Origin: Candidatus Woesebacteria bacterium
GTDB taxonomy: Bacteria; Patescibacteriota; Microgenomatia; UBA1400; MFAQ01
DNA length: 64,000 bases
Direction of reading: 5' to 3'
Assembly: GCA_035389185.1 (NCBI GenBank)
Contig: DAOORK010000001.1
Coordinates: 1,006 to 65,005 of the forward strand
Below the pieces are notes generated by a model. It had not been told where the DNA came from, did no database searches, and was given only the letters and a program-made list of their open reading frames with translations. A program made the translations under genes and the position numbers. Shown here piece after piece: positions 46,228 through 55,684 of this stretch (positions are counted from its first letter, which is position 1; each line of letters begins with the position of its first letter).

Positions 46228-47408
46228 ACAAAATGGAAGAAGAGAAAAAAAGACCTAGCAGACTACCATTTTCGAGCATTTTAGCGATTATTTTGTTGTT
46301 TGTTGTCGGTTACTGGTTTTTGTTTGGGGATATGTACCGTTTCTATGCCAGTGCCGTTTTCCTTTTTTATTCTTGGACGAATCAAATGTGGGTGAGTGTG
46401 ATGATGTTGGGTGTTTTTCAGACTTTTCTTTTGATTCCGCTCAGAATTATTCGGCTACTTGACTTCAAAAACGTGAGAGATTTCGCCAGTGAAACGATTC
46501 GAATGAGAGATACCGGTTCTCAAGAGAGTCATCTGAAAGAACAGTTCAAACAAGGAAACTGGGCCTTTATCTTGTATCTTTTGGATTTTGTGATCCAGCT
46601 GACGACATACATGACAATCGGACGATTATTTTTAACCAATTTTTATACGAAAGCTTTACATCATGACGCTCTTTTTTCCTTTGTACCTTATCCCGAGTAC
46701 CCGATTTTGGATAGATTTTTTAAGATTCCATACCCAGGGGTCACCAAGACGATGGATTTTGGCTTTGAAGCGGTAGTCTATATGTGGCTGATTATTTTGG
46801 TGGTTGAGTTAGTGGTTTCTTTGATCAGGGGAATAATTAAAGCCAGAAGAAACAGAAGAAGTGAAACCGAACAAAAAACGGACGAAAAGAGCAATGGCGC
46901 TTTGTCCGGCAAGTATCTGATTGTTTATGGCGTCATTCTCTATGGTTTGTCCTATTTATTGCTGAGGAACTTCCCGGTTGCCTGGGAGATAAAAATATTT
47001 ACCGGAGATGTGGCTATTCAAAACAGAACTTTTAATACCATTACCGCAATTGCGACCTTTTTGACCCTGATGTGGTTTGGGATTAATGATATTTTAAAAA
47101 AAGGCAAGATTGCGCGTGATTTAGGTTTACCGCAAAGAGTGATTGAGGCAACACAGATGAGACTTTTCAAGGAGAAGTTTTCCAGTGCGGCCCTGATTGG
47201 TTTGGGAGCGTATTTTATTACTAATCAGATCCCTTGTGCTTTTGAGTTGTCTATTTTTACTTTGGAGATTATTTCGCTATTCTCTCCCTTAACTTTGGAT
47301 AGATGGATTCTAAAGGCGGCTCCGCGAAGAGAGGGGACGGAGGTGCTGAAAGTAGAGAGGGAAAAACGAGATGTCAAAGAGCAGTTTTCGGGTAAAATAG
47401 AGGAATGA
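46218..47408 (+). CDS. polytopic membrane protein (hypothetical)
   Basis: 396-aa ORF with about 8 hydrophobic helices; alternative start MEEEKK at 46233. Confidence 0.5.
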   Translation: MSINKMEEEKKRPSRLPFSSILAIILLFVVGYWFLFGDMYRFYASAVFLFYSWTNQMWVSVMMLGVFQTFLLIPLRIIRLLDFKNVRDFASETIRMRDTGSQESHLKEQFKQGNWAFILYLLDFVIQLTTYMTIGRLFLTNFYTKALHHDALFSFVPYPEYPILDRFFKIPYPGVTKTMDFGFEAVVYMWLIILVVELVVSLIRGIIKARRNRRSETEQKTDEKSNGALSGKYLIVYGVILYGLSYLLLRNFPVAWEIKIFTGDVAIQNRTFNTITAIATFLTLMWFGINDILKKGKIARDLGLPQRVIEATQMRLFKEKFSSAALIGLGAYFITNQIPCAFELSIFTLEIISLFSPLTLDRWILKAAPRREGTEVLKVEREKRDVKEQFSGKIEE

Positions 47409-48157
47409 GAATAGTCCTGAATGGTAAAAAAGAAGCCGAGAAAATAGCTTTATTTCTTGAGGAATCTGAAAGACTACTGGGGAAAAGTTTGCTGATTATT
47501 CAGTGCGATGGTCATGCGGAAGAAAGTACCTATGTGCGTTTGAAACGAGAGATGGGGGAGAGATTAGGGGTTTTGGTGAGTGTTGTTTTTGGTCAAAATA
47601 AGGAAGAAGTGGAGACATTGATAAAAGGAGCTAATGACGACGAAACTGTTGATGGAATATTGGTGCAGTTACCGATAATAGGGGCGGAAAAAGAGGAAAC
47701 CGAACACATTTTGTCTACTATCAATCCAGAGAAGGATATAGACGGTCTAAACCCGAAATCTAGGTTCATTCCGGCGGCTGTAAGAGCTGTGGAGCGAGTA
47801 ATGGATATTTTTAAAATAAGCAAAGTGGACACTATTGCAGTGGTTGGGTCAAAAGGGTCGGTTGGAAAAAGACTAATGGAGAGATTTGAGAAACTGGGAT
47901 TTGTGTCAAAAGGTTTTGATAAGGGTGATAACTTGAAGGAAATTAAGGAGTACACCGTAGTGGTTGGGACAACAGGATCAGAAGGATTAATTAAAGAAGA
48001 GATGGTAAGGGAGGGATTCGTGGGTATTGATTTAGGATATCCTAAAGGCGATTTGGCACCAGAGTCTGTCGCCAAAGCCGATATGGTAACGCCAGTTCCC
48101 GGAGGAGTAGGACCGTTGACGATTGTGTGCTTGTACGAAAATCTGGCTGAGGTTTGA
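47405..48157 (+). CDS. folD: bifunctional methylenetetrahydrofolate dehydrogenase/cyclohydrolase
   Basis: DGILVQLP, PEKDIDGL, VPGGVGPLT motifs. Confidence 0.85.
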   Translation: MRIVLNGKKEAEKIALFLEESERLLGKSLLIIQCDGHAEESTYVRLKREMGERLGVLVSVVFGQNKEEVETLIKGANDDETVDGILVQLPIIGAEKEETEHILSTINPEKDIDGLNPKSRFIPAAVRAVERVMDIFKISKVDTIAVVGSKGSVGKRLMERFEKLGFVSKGFDKGDNLKEIKEYTVVVGTTGSEGLIKEEMVREGFVGIDLGYPKGDLAPESVAKADMVTPVPGGVGPLTIVCLYENLAEV

Positions 48158-48192
48158 TGTAAAAAACCCTCGACGAGCGAGGGTTTGATTTT

Positions 48193-48534
48193 TTAGCCAT
48201 ATTTGATGTGTATTCCAGACTGGCTTTCGATAACGGTAACGAGAAGTTTGATAGGGAGAATATCGTGATCGTTTAAGTACACTCCCTTACGGATTATCCA
48301 GGGATCGCCATCATGTTCGGGGAGTGAAAGAATGGCAACCTCTTTATAGACAGTGGTTTTGAAAATACCGAGGATGCGTTTAACGACGACCTTGTGGATC
48401 ATGATGCATTTTGGTTCGATTAGGATAAACCCATCGAAGTCGTTAATGATCTTGTCGTTTTTATCAAAAGGACGGTAGTTGCCTTGAGAGATGGTACTGA
48501 GGATATTTCTTAAGGTATCTGGGGGGATATCCAT
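48193..48534 (-). CDS. hypothetical protein, tandem paralog 1
   Basis: AGGAGG RBS; shares KRILGxF(K/R)xTxY with 48757-49128; promoter TTTGAC-17-TAAAAT plus CGCACCCTAA leader. Confidence 0.45.
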   Translation of the reverse strand: MDIPPDTLRNILSTISQGNYRPFDKNDKIINDFDGFILIEPKCIMIHKVVVKRILGIFKTTVYKEVAILSLPEHDGDPWIIRKGVYLNDHDILPIKLLVTVIESQSGIHIKYG

Positions 48535-48756
48535 GAGGCCTCCTTTAGATATTAGGGTGCGAACAGGGGTATTTTATCCCATAGGCGTAGGGGAGTCAAA
48601 CAAGGAGTGTTTGGATACTATAAAGAAATCGGTTTTAAAGACAGATATAAGGATACTCCAAGGCTCAGAAAATATTTTTCTATGGCGGAAGCTTTTGTTA
48701 AATCTAGGGAAGAAAAAGAAGCAAAATAAAAAACCCGCCTTTTGGCGGGTTGGGTA

Positions 48757-49128
48757 TTATTCTTGGAAAAAGGGAAAGGGACTGGACAGAACACTGGCCA
48801 TACCGGGGATTTTGCCAGAGGCAAAGAGTGATTCTTCCAGACGATCGAGGTTGCGGTCATTTCGCATCAAAGAGGTGAAGAGCCACCAAATCTTTTTATC
48901 TTCATCATCCATAAGTCTGAGATGAGCCACAAGCTGGTATCTGGTGACTCTGAAACAACCCAGGATACGCTTAACATTTTGCTCAAAAATGTAGACGTTT
49001 GTGGGGTGTTCGGTGGCAAAAACAAAAGTGTCCAGAGTGGGTTTTAGGCGATTACGGCCAATGAGAAACCCGTGATTTTGAATGATGTGAAAGACATTAT
49101 TGATAGCCGAAAAAGTGATTTCGGTCAT
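48757..49128 (-). CDS. hypothetical protein, tandem paralog 2
   Basis: AGGAGG RBS; promoter TTTGAC-17-TAGAAT plus CGTACTTTAA leader; terminator at 48728-48752. Confidence 0.45.
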   Translation of the reverse strand: MTEITFSAINNVFHIIQNHGFLIGRNRLKPTLDTFVFATEHPTNVYIFEQNVKRILGCFRVTRYQLVAHLRLMDDEDKKIWWLFTSLMRNDRNLDRLEESLFASGKIPGMASVLSSPFPFFQE

Positions 49129-49295
49129 GTAACCTCCTTTTTGGGTTAAAGTACGAATTGAGGTATTCTATCCCGTAAGTCCGGAGACGTCAAACACAAA
49201 GACGTTTGAAAGTATGATAAAATAATCGAGTTAAATATTAGAAATTTACTTGAAGACAAATCTCTGAAAGTCTTACAAGTTAAAAGAGATGAAAT

Positions 49296-50156
49296 ATGGC
49301 TACAAAAAAAGCTGAAGAAAAAAAGGTTGTGACTACAACCAAAAAAGAAGTCAAAAAAACCGTTAAAAAAGAGGTGGTGAAGAAAGAAGCCGCTCCAAAG
49401 AAGGTTAAAGAAGTTAAGGTCGAGGTTAAAACCCCCAAAACAGAAGTAACTGTGGAAGACCTTTTTGAGGCCGGTGCTCATTTTGGCCATGTGGTCAAAA
49501 AATGGAATCCCAAGATGAAAAAATATCTTTGGGGAGAGAAAAACGGTATTCACATTTTTGATTTGGAACTGACAGTTGCCGGACTCAATGAAGCCTGCAA
49601 AGCTCTTACCAAAGCCGCTTTGGAAGGTAAGAGAATTGTTTTGATTGGTACCAAAAGACAGGCCAAAGCCATGCTTGAGCAAGAGGCGAAGAGAGTCGGC
49701 GTTCCCTACATTACCCAACGCTGGATGGGAGGACTCATCACCAACTGGAAACAGGTAAAACTGACCTTGGATCGTTTGAATTCTTTGAAACTCAAGCGTG
49801 AACAAGGACAGCTAAAGAAATTCACCAAGAAAGAACAGGTTCTTTTTGACAAAGAAATTGCTCGTTTGGAAAGAGTGGTTGGCGGTATTGCGTCACTTAA
49901 GGATTCTCCAGAAGTAGTGGTGGTTGTTGATACTCACAAAGAGAAACTGGCCGTAAAAGAAGCCAGTAGTCGTGGAGCCATGGTTGTTGGCTTGGTTGAC
50001 TCTAATGCCAACCCAGATCAGGTTGACCATGTTATTCCAATGAACGATGACTCAGCAAAAGCTTTGGAGATTGTGATCGGCGCTTTTGGTAAAGCCTTGG
50101 AAACTGGCCTTAAAGAAAGAAAAGACTTGACACCGGTTAGTACCAACGATAAATAA
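49296..50156 (+). CDS. rpsB: 30S ribosomal protein S2 with about 45-aa Lys-rich N-terminal extension
   Basis: S2 core (HFGHxxxxWNPKM, GIHIFDL, RWxGGxLTN). Confidence 0.85.
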   Translation: MATKKAEEKKVVTTTKKEVKKTVKKEVVKKEAAPKKVKEVKVEVKTPKTEVTVEDLFEAGAHFGHVVKKWNPKMKKYLWGEKNGIHIFDLELTVAGLNEACKALTKAALEGKRIVLIGTKRQAKAMLEQEAKRVGVPYITQRWMGGLITNWKQVKLTLDRLNSLKLKREQGQLKKFTKKEQVLFDKEIARLERVVGGIASLKDSPEVVVVVDTHKEKLAVKEASSRGAMVVGLVDSNANPDQVDHVIPMNDDSAKALEIVIGAFGKALETGLKERKDLTPVSTNDK

Positions 50157-50310
50157 AGAATATGATGGATAAAATAAGAGCTTGCTCGAATTCTTCTGAT
50201 AACTTCGTTATCTAAATATAATTCTTGCGCTTCCTCTTATATTCGCTAATAACTTCGTTATTATGCTTGAATATTAAAGAACTTAAATATCATCAATTAA
50301 ATTAAATAAA

Positions 50311-50763
50311 ATGTTAGAAAATATTAAAGAGTTACGTGAACGAACAGGTGCCGGAGTGATGGATGCCAAAAAAGCGCTAGAAGAGGCCGCAGGCAATATG
50401 GAGAAGGCGATTGAGTTTATTCGAGCCAAAGGTTTGGCACGTGCTGAAGAGAAGTCTGAGCGTGAGGTAAATAGCGGAAAAGTTTACACCTATACTCACA
50501 ACGGCGGTATTGCCGGTTCGATGGTGGAGATAGCCTGCGAAACAGATTTTGTGGCCAACAATCCTGAGTTCGAGCACCTATGCAAAGAAATTGCTTTACA
50601 GGTAGTATCCATGGATCCTAAAGACGTAAACGAACTTCTGGCTCAAGCTTACATCCGTGATAGTTCAAAAACGGTGGAGCAAGTAGTAAAAGAGCTCGTC
50701 GGCAAGACCGGAGAAAATATTCGTATCATTCGTTTTGCCCGTTTTAAGCTGGGAATGGAATAA
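50311..50763 (+). CDS. tsf: elongation factor Ts (short form)
   Basis: N-terminal UBA-like LRERTGAGVMDAKKAL and core TDFVA. Confidence 0.8.
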   Translation: MLENIKELRERTGAGVMDAKKALEEAAGNMEKAIEFIRAKGLARAEEKSEREVNSGKVYTYTHNGGIAGSMVEIACETDFVANNPEFEHLCKEIALQVVSMDPKDVNELLAQAYIRDSSKTVEQVVKELVGKTGENIRIIRFARFKLGME

Positions 50764-50864
50764 AGTACGTATTATGTATTAGGCATGGGAGTGTGGTGTG
50801 TGGTTTGATGTGCGCCGATGAAATTCATCTATGCGGTAATCTGAAGATATGATAGAGTTTAGAT

Positions 50865-51143
50865 ATGAATGATGAAGAGAGACAAAAACTAATGCAGAGT
50901 TTTATAGCAGATACCGAGGCAAAATCGGCTGAACTGAAGGCGGCGCAAGAAGAAAGGAAGGCTGGACAGGTGCAAGCCGAAAAACCAGTAAATCTGGGAG
51001 GCGGGACAATTACTGTAGAGGGAAAATCATTAGGGCGCACTTTAGCCGGAAATGAAGAGAGAGATGGGGAGAGATACTTAAATAGAAATCCCGAAGATGT
51101 CATAATAGGTGGCAAGAGGGACGACTGGGATCATAGTAGATAA
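50865..51143 (+). CDS. hypothetical small protein
   Basis: 92-aa charged ORF occupying the position where pyrH normally sits between tsf and frr. Confidence 0.35.
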   Translation: MNDEERQKLMQSFIADTEAKSAELKAAQEERKAGQVQAEKPVNLGGGTITVEGKSLGRTLAGNEERDGERYLNRNPEDVIIGGKRDDWDHSR

Positions 51144-51168
51144 GTTTTCCTGTTGTACAATTGGATAT

Positions 51169-51732
51169 ATGGTGATTGAACATGAACTAATAACTCTTTT
51201 GAGACAGAAGTTTGCCAAAGTGATGGAAATCGTTGAGGAAGATTTTGCTACAGTGCGAGTGGGAAGAGCCAAACCAAGTTTAATCGAGAATGTGGGAGTG
51301 ATGGCTTACGGTTCAAGAATGCGTTTGGTGGAGTTGGCAACTATCTCGGCGCCGGATTCCAATATGCTGACTGTGACTCCATACGATCGAAGTATTTTGC
51401 AGGTGATCGAAAAAGCGATTGCTGATAGTGAGATGCAGTTATCACCGGTAGTTTCCGGGGACATGATTAGAATCGTGATTCCTTCACTAACTCAAGAAAG
51501 AAGAATAGATTTTGTAAAACTTTTGAAGCAAAAAACAGAGTCGGGGAAAGTAATGCTTCGTCAGGCCCGTCAGGATGTCAAAGAAAAAATTGACGCTCTC
51601 AAAGAGCGCAAGGAAGTGTCTGAGGATGATATTTTTATGCTTTTGGAGCAACTAGACAAGATCACAGGAGAACAAAACGAAAAAATAGAGGAGATGTCTC
51701 GGCTTAAAGAAGAGGAAATCATGTCGGTTTAA
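51169..51732 (+). CDS. frr: ribosome recycling factor
   Basis: RRF motifs (VRVGRA, P.LTEERR-like LTQERR, coiled C-terminus); terminator at 51740-51770. Confidence 0.8.
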   Translation: MVIEHELITLLRQKFAKVMEIVEEDFATVRVGRAKPSLIENVGVMAYGSRMRLVELATISAPDSNMLTVTPYDRSILQVIEKAIADSEMQLSPVVSGDMIRIVIPSLTQERRIDFVKLLKQKTESGKVMLRQARQDVKEKIDALKERKEVSEDDIFMLLEQLDKITGEQNEKIEEMSRLKEEEIMSV

Positions 51733-51748
51733 CCAAGAAAAACTCGCC

Positions 51749-52246
51749 TTAGCGGCGGGTTGTTTTGTTTAGATTGAGATCCACACCGTCCCAAGTGAGA
51801 GTGATCTTGGCCGTTTCGGTGTTTACGGTGAGAGAAGAGTCCTTCTCCATCTTTACCAAATATTGGTGATACCGTTCTCCATTGACGTCGATATAGAGTC
51901 TAATTTTATCTTTGCCAGCGACGAGACTCTTCACGTCTTTCATGATGATAACAACGAGAGCATCTTCAGACTGTTGCTGTTCGGCGATAATGGCTGGGTA
52001 AAGAAATCTAGTAGACGGGGTTTCAGTGCTTTTGAACTCAAAAATGTCGGCATTGTAGACGGAAAAGTCAGGTTTGTCGTTGCCCAGAACATTGAAAGTG
52101 CCGGTAGAGCCAAACTGTAGTTGCGGCTGAGGTAGAATACCGGTTCCATCGACGATGGCGAGACATCTATCTCCGCCAATCTTGCCTTTGGTGACAAATA
52201 GTGCATCAAAGATGTTTGTATCGAGGATTGTGAAACATTTTGACAT
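51749..52246 (-). CDS. hypothetical protein, paralog of 52326-52835
   Basis: GGAGG RBS before MSKCFTILD; TATAAT..CGCACTTTAA leader. Confidence 0.45.
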   Translation of the reverse strand: MSKCFTILDTNIFDALFVTKGKIGGDRCLAIVDGTGILPQPQLQFGSTGTFNVLGNDKPDFSVYNADIFEFKSTETPSTRFLYPAIIAEQQQSEDALVVIIMKDVKSLVAGKDKIRLYIDVNGERYHQYLVKMEKDSSLTVNTETAKITLTWDGVDLNLNKTTRR

Positions 52247-52325
52247 TATTACCTCCAATTAAAGTGCGTAGATTTACAGTTGACGTATTATAACTCAAAA
52301 AAATCCCCGCCGGAGCGGGGAGGGA

Positions 52326-52835
52326 CTATCTAATCTTTGTGAGCTCGAGTTTTCCGTGAAAATAATGGAGATGTAAAGCGGTATTTTTCAATTTAACCTT
52401 AATGTCTGATCCACCACCAATCATGGCGAAAAGATATTGATCGTATCCGAGACATTCTATGGGGCCAACAATGGAATAGGCGGCAGTTATGTAAGGAATA
52501 TCATCGAAATGATAAGGTCCGTCCTTTTTGACAATCCATAAAACTAAGGCCCAACCAGGTAAGTAATGAACATCTTCATCGATTATGACCGGAATGGTAT
52601 TATTTTTGTCACGACTGGAGTCCTTGTATTGAAAAAAATTGGCACGCTTGATGATTTGTGCACGCGCCGGGGCATAGGGGTGAATAGCTGTTGAGCTAGT
52701 GATTTTAACCATGTCCGGTTTGGGCAAGGTCACCCCATCAGCAATGATGGCAACTTTCCCATTGATCCCGATACCATTTTCAACAACAGGAATAAAGTCG
52801 TGTATTTCCTGTTCGAAGACGGTGAAACATTCCAT
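52326..52835 (-). CDS. hypothetical protein, paralog of 51749-52246
   Basis: AAGGAGG RBS before MECFTVFEQ; TATAAT..CGCACC leader; terminator at 52290-52322 on the minus strand. Confidence 0.45.
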   Translation of the reverse strand: MECFTVFEQEIHDFIPVVENGIGINGKVAIIADGVTLPKPDMVKITSSTAIHPYAPARAQIIKRANFFQYKDSSRDKNNTIPVIIDEDVHYLPGWALVLWIVKKDGPYHFDDIPYITAAYSIVGPIECLGYDQYLFAMIGGGSDIKVKLKNTALHLHYFHGKLELTKIR

Positions 52836-52892
52836 GTTAACCTCCTTGGAAAGGTGCGATTGGGGCAATTATAGCCTATCTGCGTTCAATTA

Positions 52893-54002
52893 TTGACGAT
52901 TTGTTGTTATGATGGATTAATGCAATTACTGGTTTTTATTTTGATGCTTTCGGTTTTGATTTTGGTTCACGAGCTGGGTCATTTTTTGTCGGCACGTCTT
53001 TTTAAGATGAGAGTAGAGGAATTTGGTATTGGTTTACCTCCAAGGGCAAAGACATTGTTTACCCGAATGGGCACGATTTTTAGTCTAAACTGGCTACCTC
53101 TCGGAGGTTTCGTAAAGCTTTATGGCGAGGATATGGAAAATGAAGAACAACTTCGATCTCCGGAAGCCTTTTTTAATAAGCCGATGTGGCAGAGAACCGT
53201 AGTTTTTTTGGCCGGTGTGACGATGAACTTTCTTTTGGGGGTAGTGGTTTTTGGTGTGGTTTATTCCTACTTAGGTATTCCGACAAAAACAGATAAAGTA
53301 ATGATTGTTGAGGTAGCAGATGATTCACCGGCCAAGACCGCAGGAGTTCAGATCGATAGTACGGTGACAAAAATGAGCATTGAGGGAGAGCAAATTGTTT
53401 TTACAGGCGTTGACGGATTTATTAAACAGATTGATGTTTATAAAGGCCGGGAAATTGAAATGGTTCTGATGGATAAAAATAATCAGGAGTACATAGCTCG
53501 ATTGACACCTCGAGAGAGTCCGCCGGAAGGTCAGGGGGCACTAGGAGTGGCATTATCCAGCATTGAGATGAAGAAGTATCCGCTATGGCAGATGCCTTTT
53601 AGAGGTATTAAAGTTGGTCTGATAGAAGCGTGGGGATGGGGAAAAGAGATTGCCGGAAGTTTGTGGACAGTAATTGTGAATCTGGTGACAGGAAAAGGCT
53701 TGCCCAAGGATGTATCGGGGCCTGTGGGTATGTATCAGGTTAGCAAGGAAGTATATAAAGTTGGTTGGGTAGCTGTACTGCAGTTTATGGGAATCTTGTC
53801 AATTAACTTAGCCATATTAAATATAATGCCTTTCCCGGCTTTGGATGGGGGAAGAATTGCCTTTTTGGGGATAGAAAAACTGATTGGCAAACTAAGAAAA
53901 AATAAGGTTGAAGGCTATGTAAATGCGGCCGGTATGTTTTTGCTGATTGGACTGATGGTCTTGATAACAGTGAAAGACATTATTAAATTATTTGTAAAAT
54001 GA
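52893..54002 (+). CDS. rseP: RIP metalloprotease RseP (site-2 protease with PDZ domain)
   Basis: HELGH zinc motif in TM1, central PDZ-like region, C-terminal NLAILNIMPFPALDGGR; start may be at M10 (52920). Confidence 0.8.
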   Translation: MTICCYDGLMQLLVFILMLSVLILVHELGHFLSARLFKMRVEEFGIGLPPRAKTLFTRMGTIFSLNWLPLGGFVKLYGEDMENEEQLRSPEAFFNKPMWQRTVVFLAGVTMNFLLGVVVFGVVYSYLGIPTKTDKVMIVEVADDSPAKTAGVQIDSTVTKMSIEGEQIVFTGVDGFIKQIDVYKGREIEMVLMDKNNQEYIARLTPRESPPEGQGALGVALSSIEMKKYPLWQMPFRGIKVGLIEAWGWGKEIAGSLWTVIVNLVTGKGLPKDVSGPVGMYQVSKEVYKVGWVAVLQFMGILSINLAILNIMPFPALDGGRIAFLGIEKLIGKLRKNKVEGYVNAAGMFLLIGLMVLITVKDIIKLFVK

Positions 54003-54346
54003 TTGACAAAGATTGTTTGTTTTGCCAGATAGGGGAACACAAAGAGCCAAGTGAAATTGTTTGGGAAAATGAGGAATTTATCTGTATCAAAAATAAGTAC
54101 CCGGTGGCGCCGACGCACGTCTTGATTATGCCGAAGGACCATGTAAAAAAGGCCGAAGTTGCCACTTCCCAAAGTGGTATGTTCTGGGGTAAAATAATGC
54201 CAGTCGTTTTTGAGGTGGTACATCAGCTTGGTTTGGACAAAACCGGATACAAGTTGGTGAACAATGGAGCGGGGTATAACCATTTTGAACATGAACACAT
54301 TCATGTTTTGGGTGGGTCAAAAACCGAGCCAGGAGGCCAAACTTAA
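53999..54346 (+). CDS. HIT family hydrolase
   Basis: Histidine triad HEHIHVLGG and upstream HVLIMPK. Confidence 0.8.
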   Translation: MIDKDCLFCQIGEHKEPSEIVWENEEFICIKNKYPVAPTHVLIMPKDHVKKAEVATSQSGMFWGKIMPVVFEVVHQLGLDKTGYKLVNNGAGYNHFEHEHIHVLGGSKTEPGGQT

Positions 54347-54391
54347 GCGTCATACACAAAAATAAAAATAAGAAAGGTAGGTGCATTTTTA

Positions 54392-54616
54392 ATGGCACTC
54401 GTTGCAAGAAAAAAACAAGGTCAAACTACACAACAACTCATCAGCGAATTCAAAAAGCTGACATATGAGGATTCTGGACTCGAAAGGGTCAAGACTGTGG
54501 GAATGACTGGATATCAAAAACCTTCAACCGTTCGTAATATAAAGATGATTGAGTTGCGCAAAGCTTCTGCTCGCATTCGTCGTCGTAATAAACGTGCGGC
54601 TGGTTTTACTAAGTAA
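54392..54616 (+). CDS. rpsU: 30S ribosomal protein S21
   Basis: FKKL..E.G.L..VK....YQKPS..R..K..ELRKA.ARIRRRNKR pattern; classic position upstream of yqeY. Confidence 0.65.
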   Translation: MALVARKKQGQTTQQLISEFKKLTYEDSGLERVKTVGMTGYQKPSTVRNIKMIELRKASARIRRRNKRAAGFTK

Positions 54617-54624
54617 TAAATATA

Positions 54625-55056
54625 ATGCTGTACTCACAGATAAAATTAGAGTCACAAACTGCTCAAAAAGCGGGAGATTCTCGACTGTATAACGCTTTAA
54701 AACTTTTGGTTTCAGAATTATCTTATGCTCAAGTTGATTATAAGGAGGGTGAACTGCCCGATGAAGAAGTAGTTCGTGTTTTAAACAAAGAAGGCAAGAA
54801 ACGCAAAGATTCAATCGAGATTTACGAAAAAGCGGGAGCTTCTGACCGAGCCGACCAGGAAAAATATGAATTGTCGGTAATTGAAAAATATTTACCCCAA
54901 TTGATGTCGGAAGCCGATGTTGAAGCGGAAATTGTGAAGATTGCCGCAGAAACTGGTCTGACTGGTGGTCGACTCATGGGTGCGGTGATGGGGAAATTAA
55001 GGGGGAAGGCGGATGGGGGAATGATTAATAAGATCGTGATGGTTAAGTTTCCGTAA
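54625..55056 (+). CDS. yqeY: GatB/YqeY domain protein
   Basis: YqeY-like sequence (LKLLVSELSYAQVD, EIVKIAAETGLTGGRLMGAVMGKL). Confidence 0.75.
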   Translation: MLYSQIKLESQTAQKAGDSRLYNALKLLVSELSYAQVDYKEGELPDEEVVRVLNKEGKKRKDSIEIYEKAGASDRADQEKYELSVIEKYLPQLMSEADVEAEIVKIAAETGLTGGRLMGAVMGKLRGKADGGMINKIVMVKFP

Positions 55057-55083
55057 GAATCGTATTTTTGTTTCTTTCGTACT

Positions 55084-55283
55084 AATCCATTGAAAAAACC
55101 GGATGTTATTTTGTTGCAAATCCTCTCTACTCCACCATTATTCCTTTCTGCCGACCGACTCATACCGCCTCTCCTGCGGAGGCGGTTGGTCTGCCTACTC
55201 ACCTCGAAAACTCTGCCTACGGGCAGAGACCATGCTTTTCGAGGTTCCGTAAGCTCGTCATTAAGGACAAATGGCTCGTAGAG
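55084..55283. repeat. ~200-bp intergenic repeat (copy 3)
   Basis: Near-identical to 30853-31053. Confidence 0.8.
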
Positions 55284-55383
55284 GATTGCCTGGCGAAGCG
55301 TCGCATAAAGAACAAGGGTTCACATTGGTGCTGGAATCTTTGTGGTAGAATGGCGGCATCTAAGCTCGTTAAAAGGAGGTTGT

Positions 55384-55617
55384 ATGGCTGTAAAAATGAT
55401 TCGTCATGGGAATTCAATTTTTCCCATTGAAATCACCTGCAAAAAGTGTCATGGCTTGGTGTGTATTGGAAAACCAACCGATTTGAGAATCGTGGTTGAT
55501 TACAGCACAGAAACAACGGCAGTTACCAATTGTCCCGACTGTAAGAGTCAGATCGTGTTGTATGACTCAGATCAGGCCCAAGCAATCGCTGAAGTTGAGA
55601 GAGCTCAGAAACGGTGA
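55384..55617 (+). CDS. small zinc-ribbon protein (hypothetical)
   Basis: AAGGAGG RBS; CKKCHG..C and CPDC Cys pairs; terminator at 55640-55672. Confidence 0.45.
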   Translation: MAVKMIRHGNSIFPIEITCKKCHGLVCIGKPTDLRIVVDYSTETTAVTNCPDCKSQIVLYDSDQAQAIAEVERAQKR

Positions 55618-55684
55618 TGGCGTTAAAAATACACCGGTGTCTAAGGACGCCGGTTTTTTGTGGTTCGCGGTACAATAGTGATAT

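Noticed and set aside
49146-49805. 219-aa minus-strand ORF
   Set aside because: Antisense to rpsB; the translation is Phe/Leu-rich low-complexity from reading the Lys-rich (AAA/AAG) S2 extension on the other strand.
50199-50257. loxP-like sites (ATAACTTCGTTAT)
   Set aside because: Only the 13-bp arm resembles loxP (one mismatch). There is no 8-bp spacer with inverted arms and no recombinase gene nearby, so it is treated as a coincidental palindrome or operator rather than a lox site.
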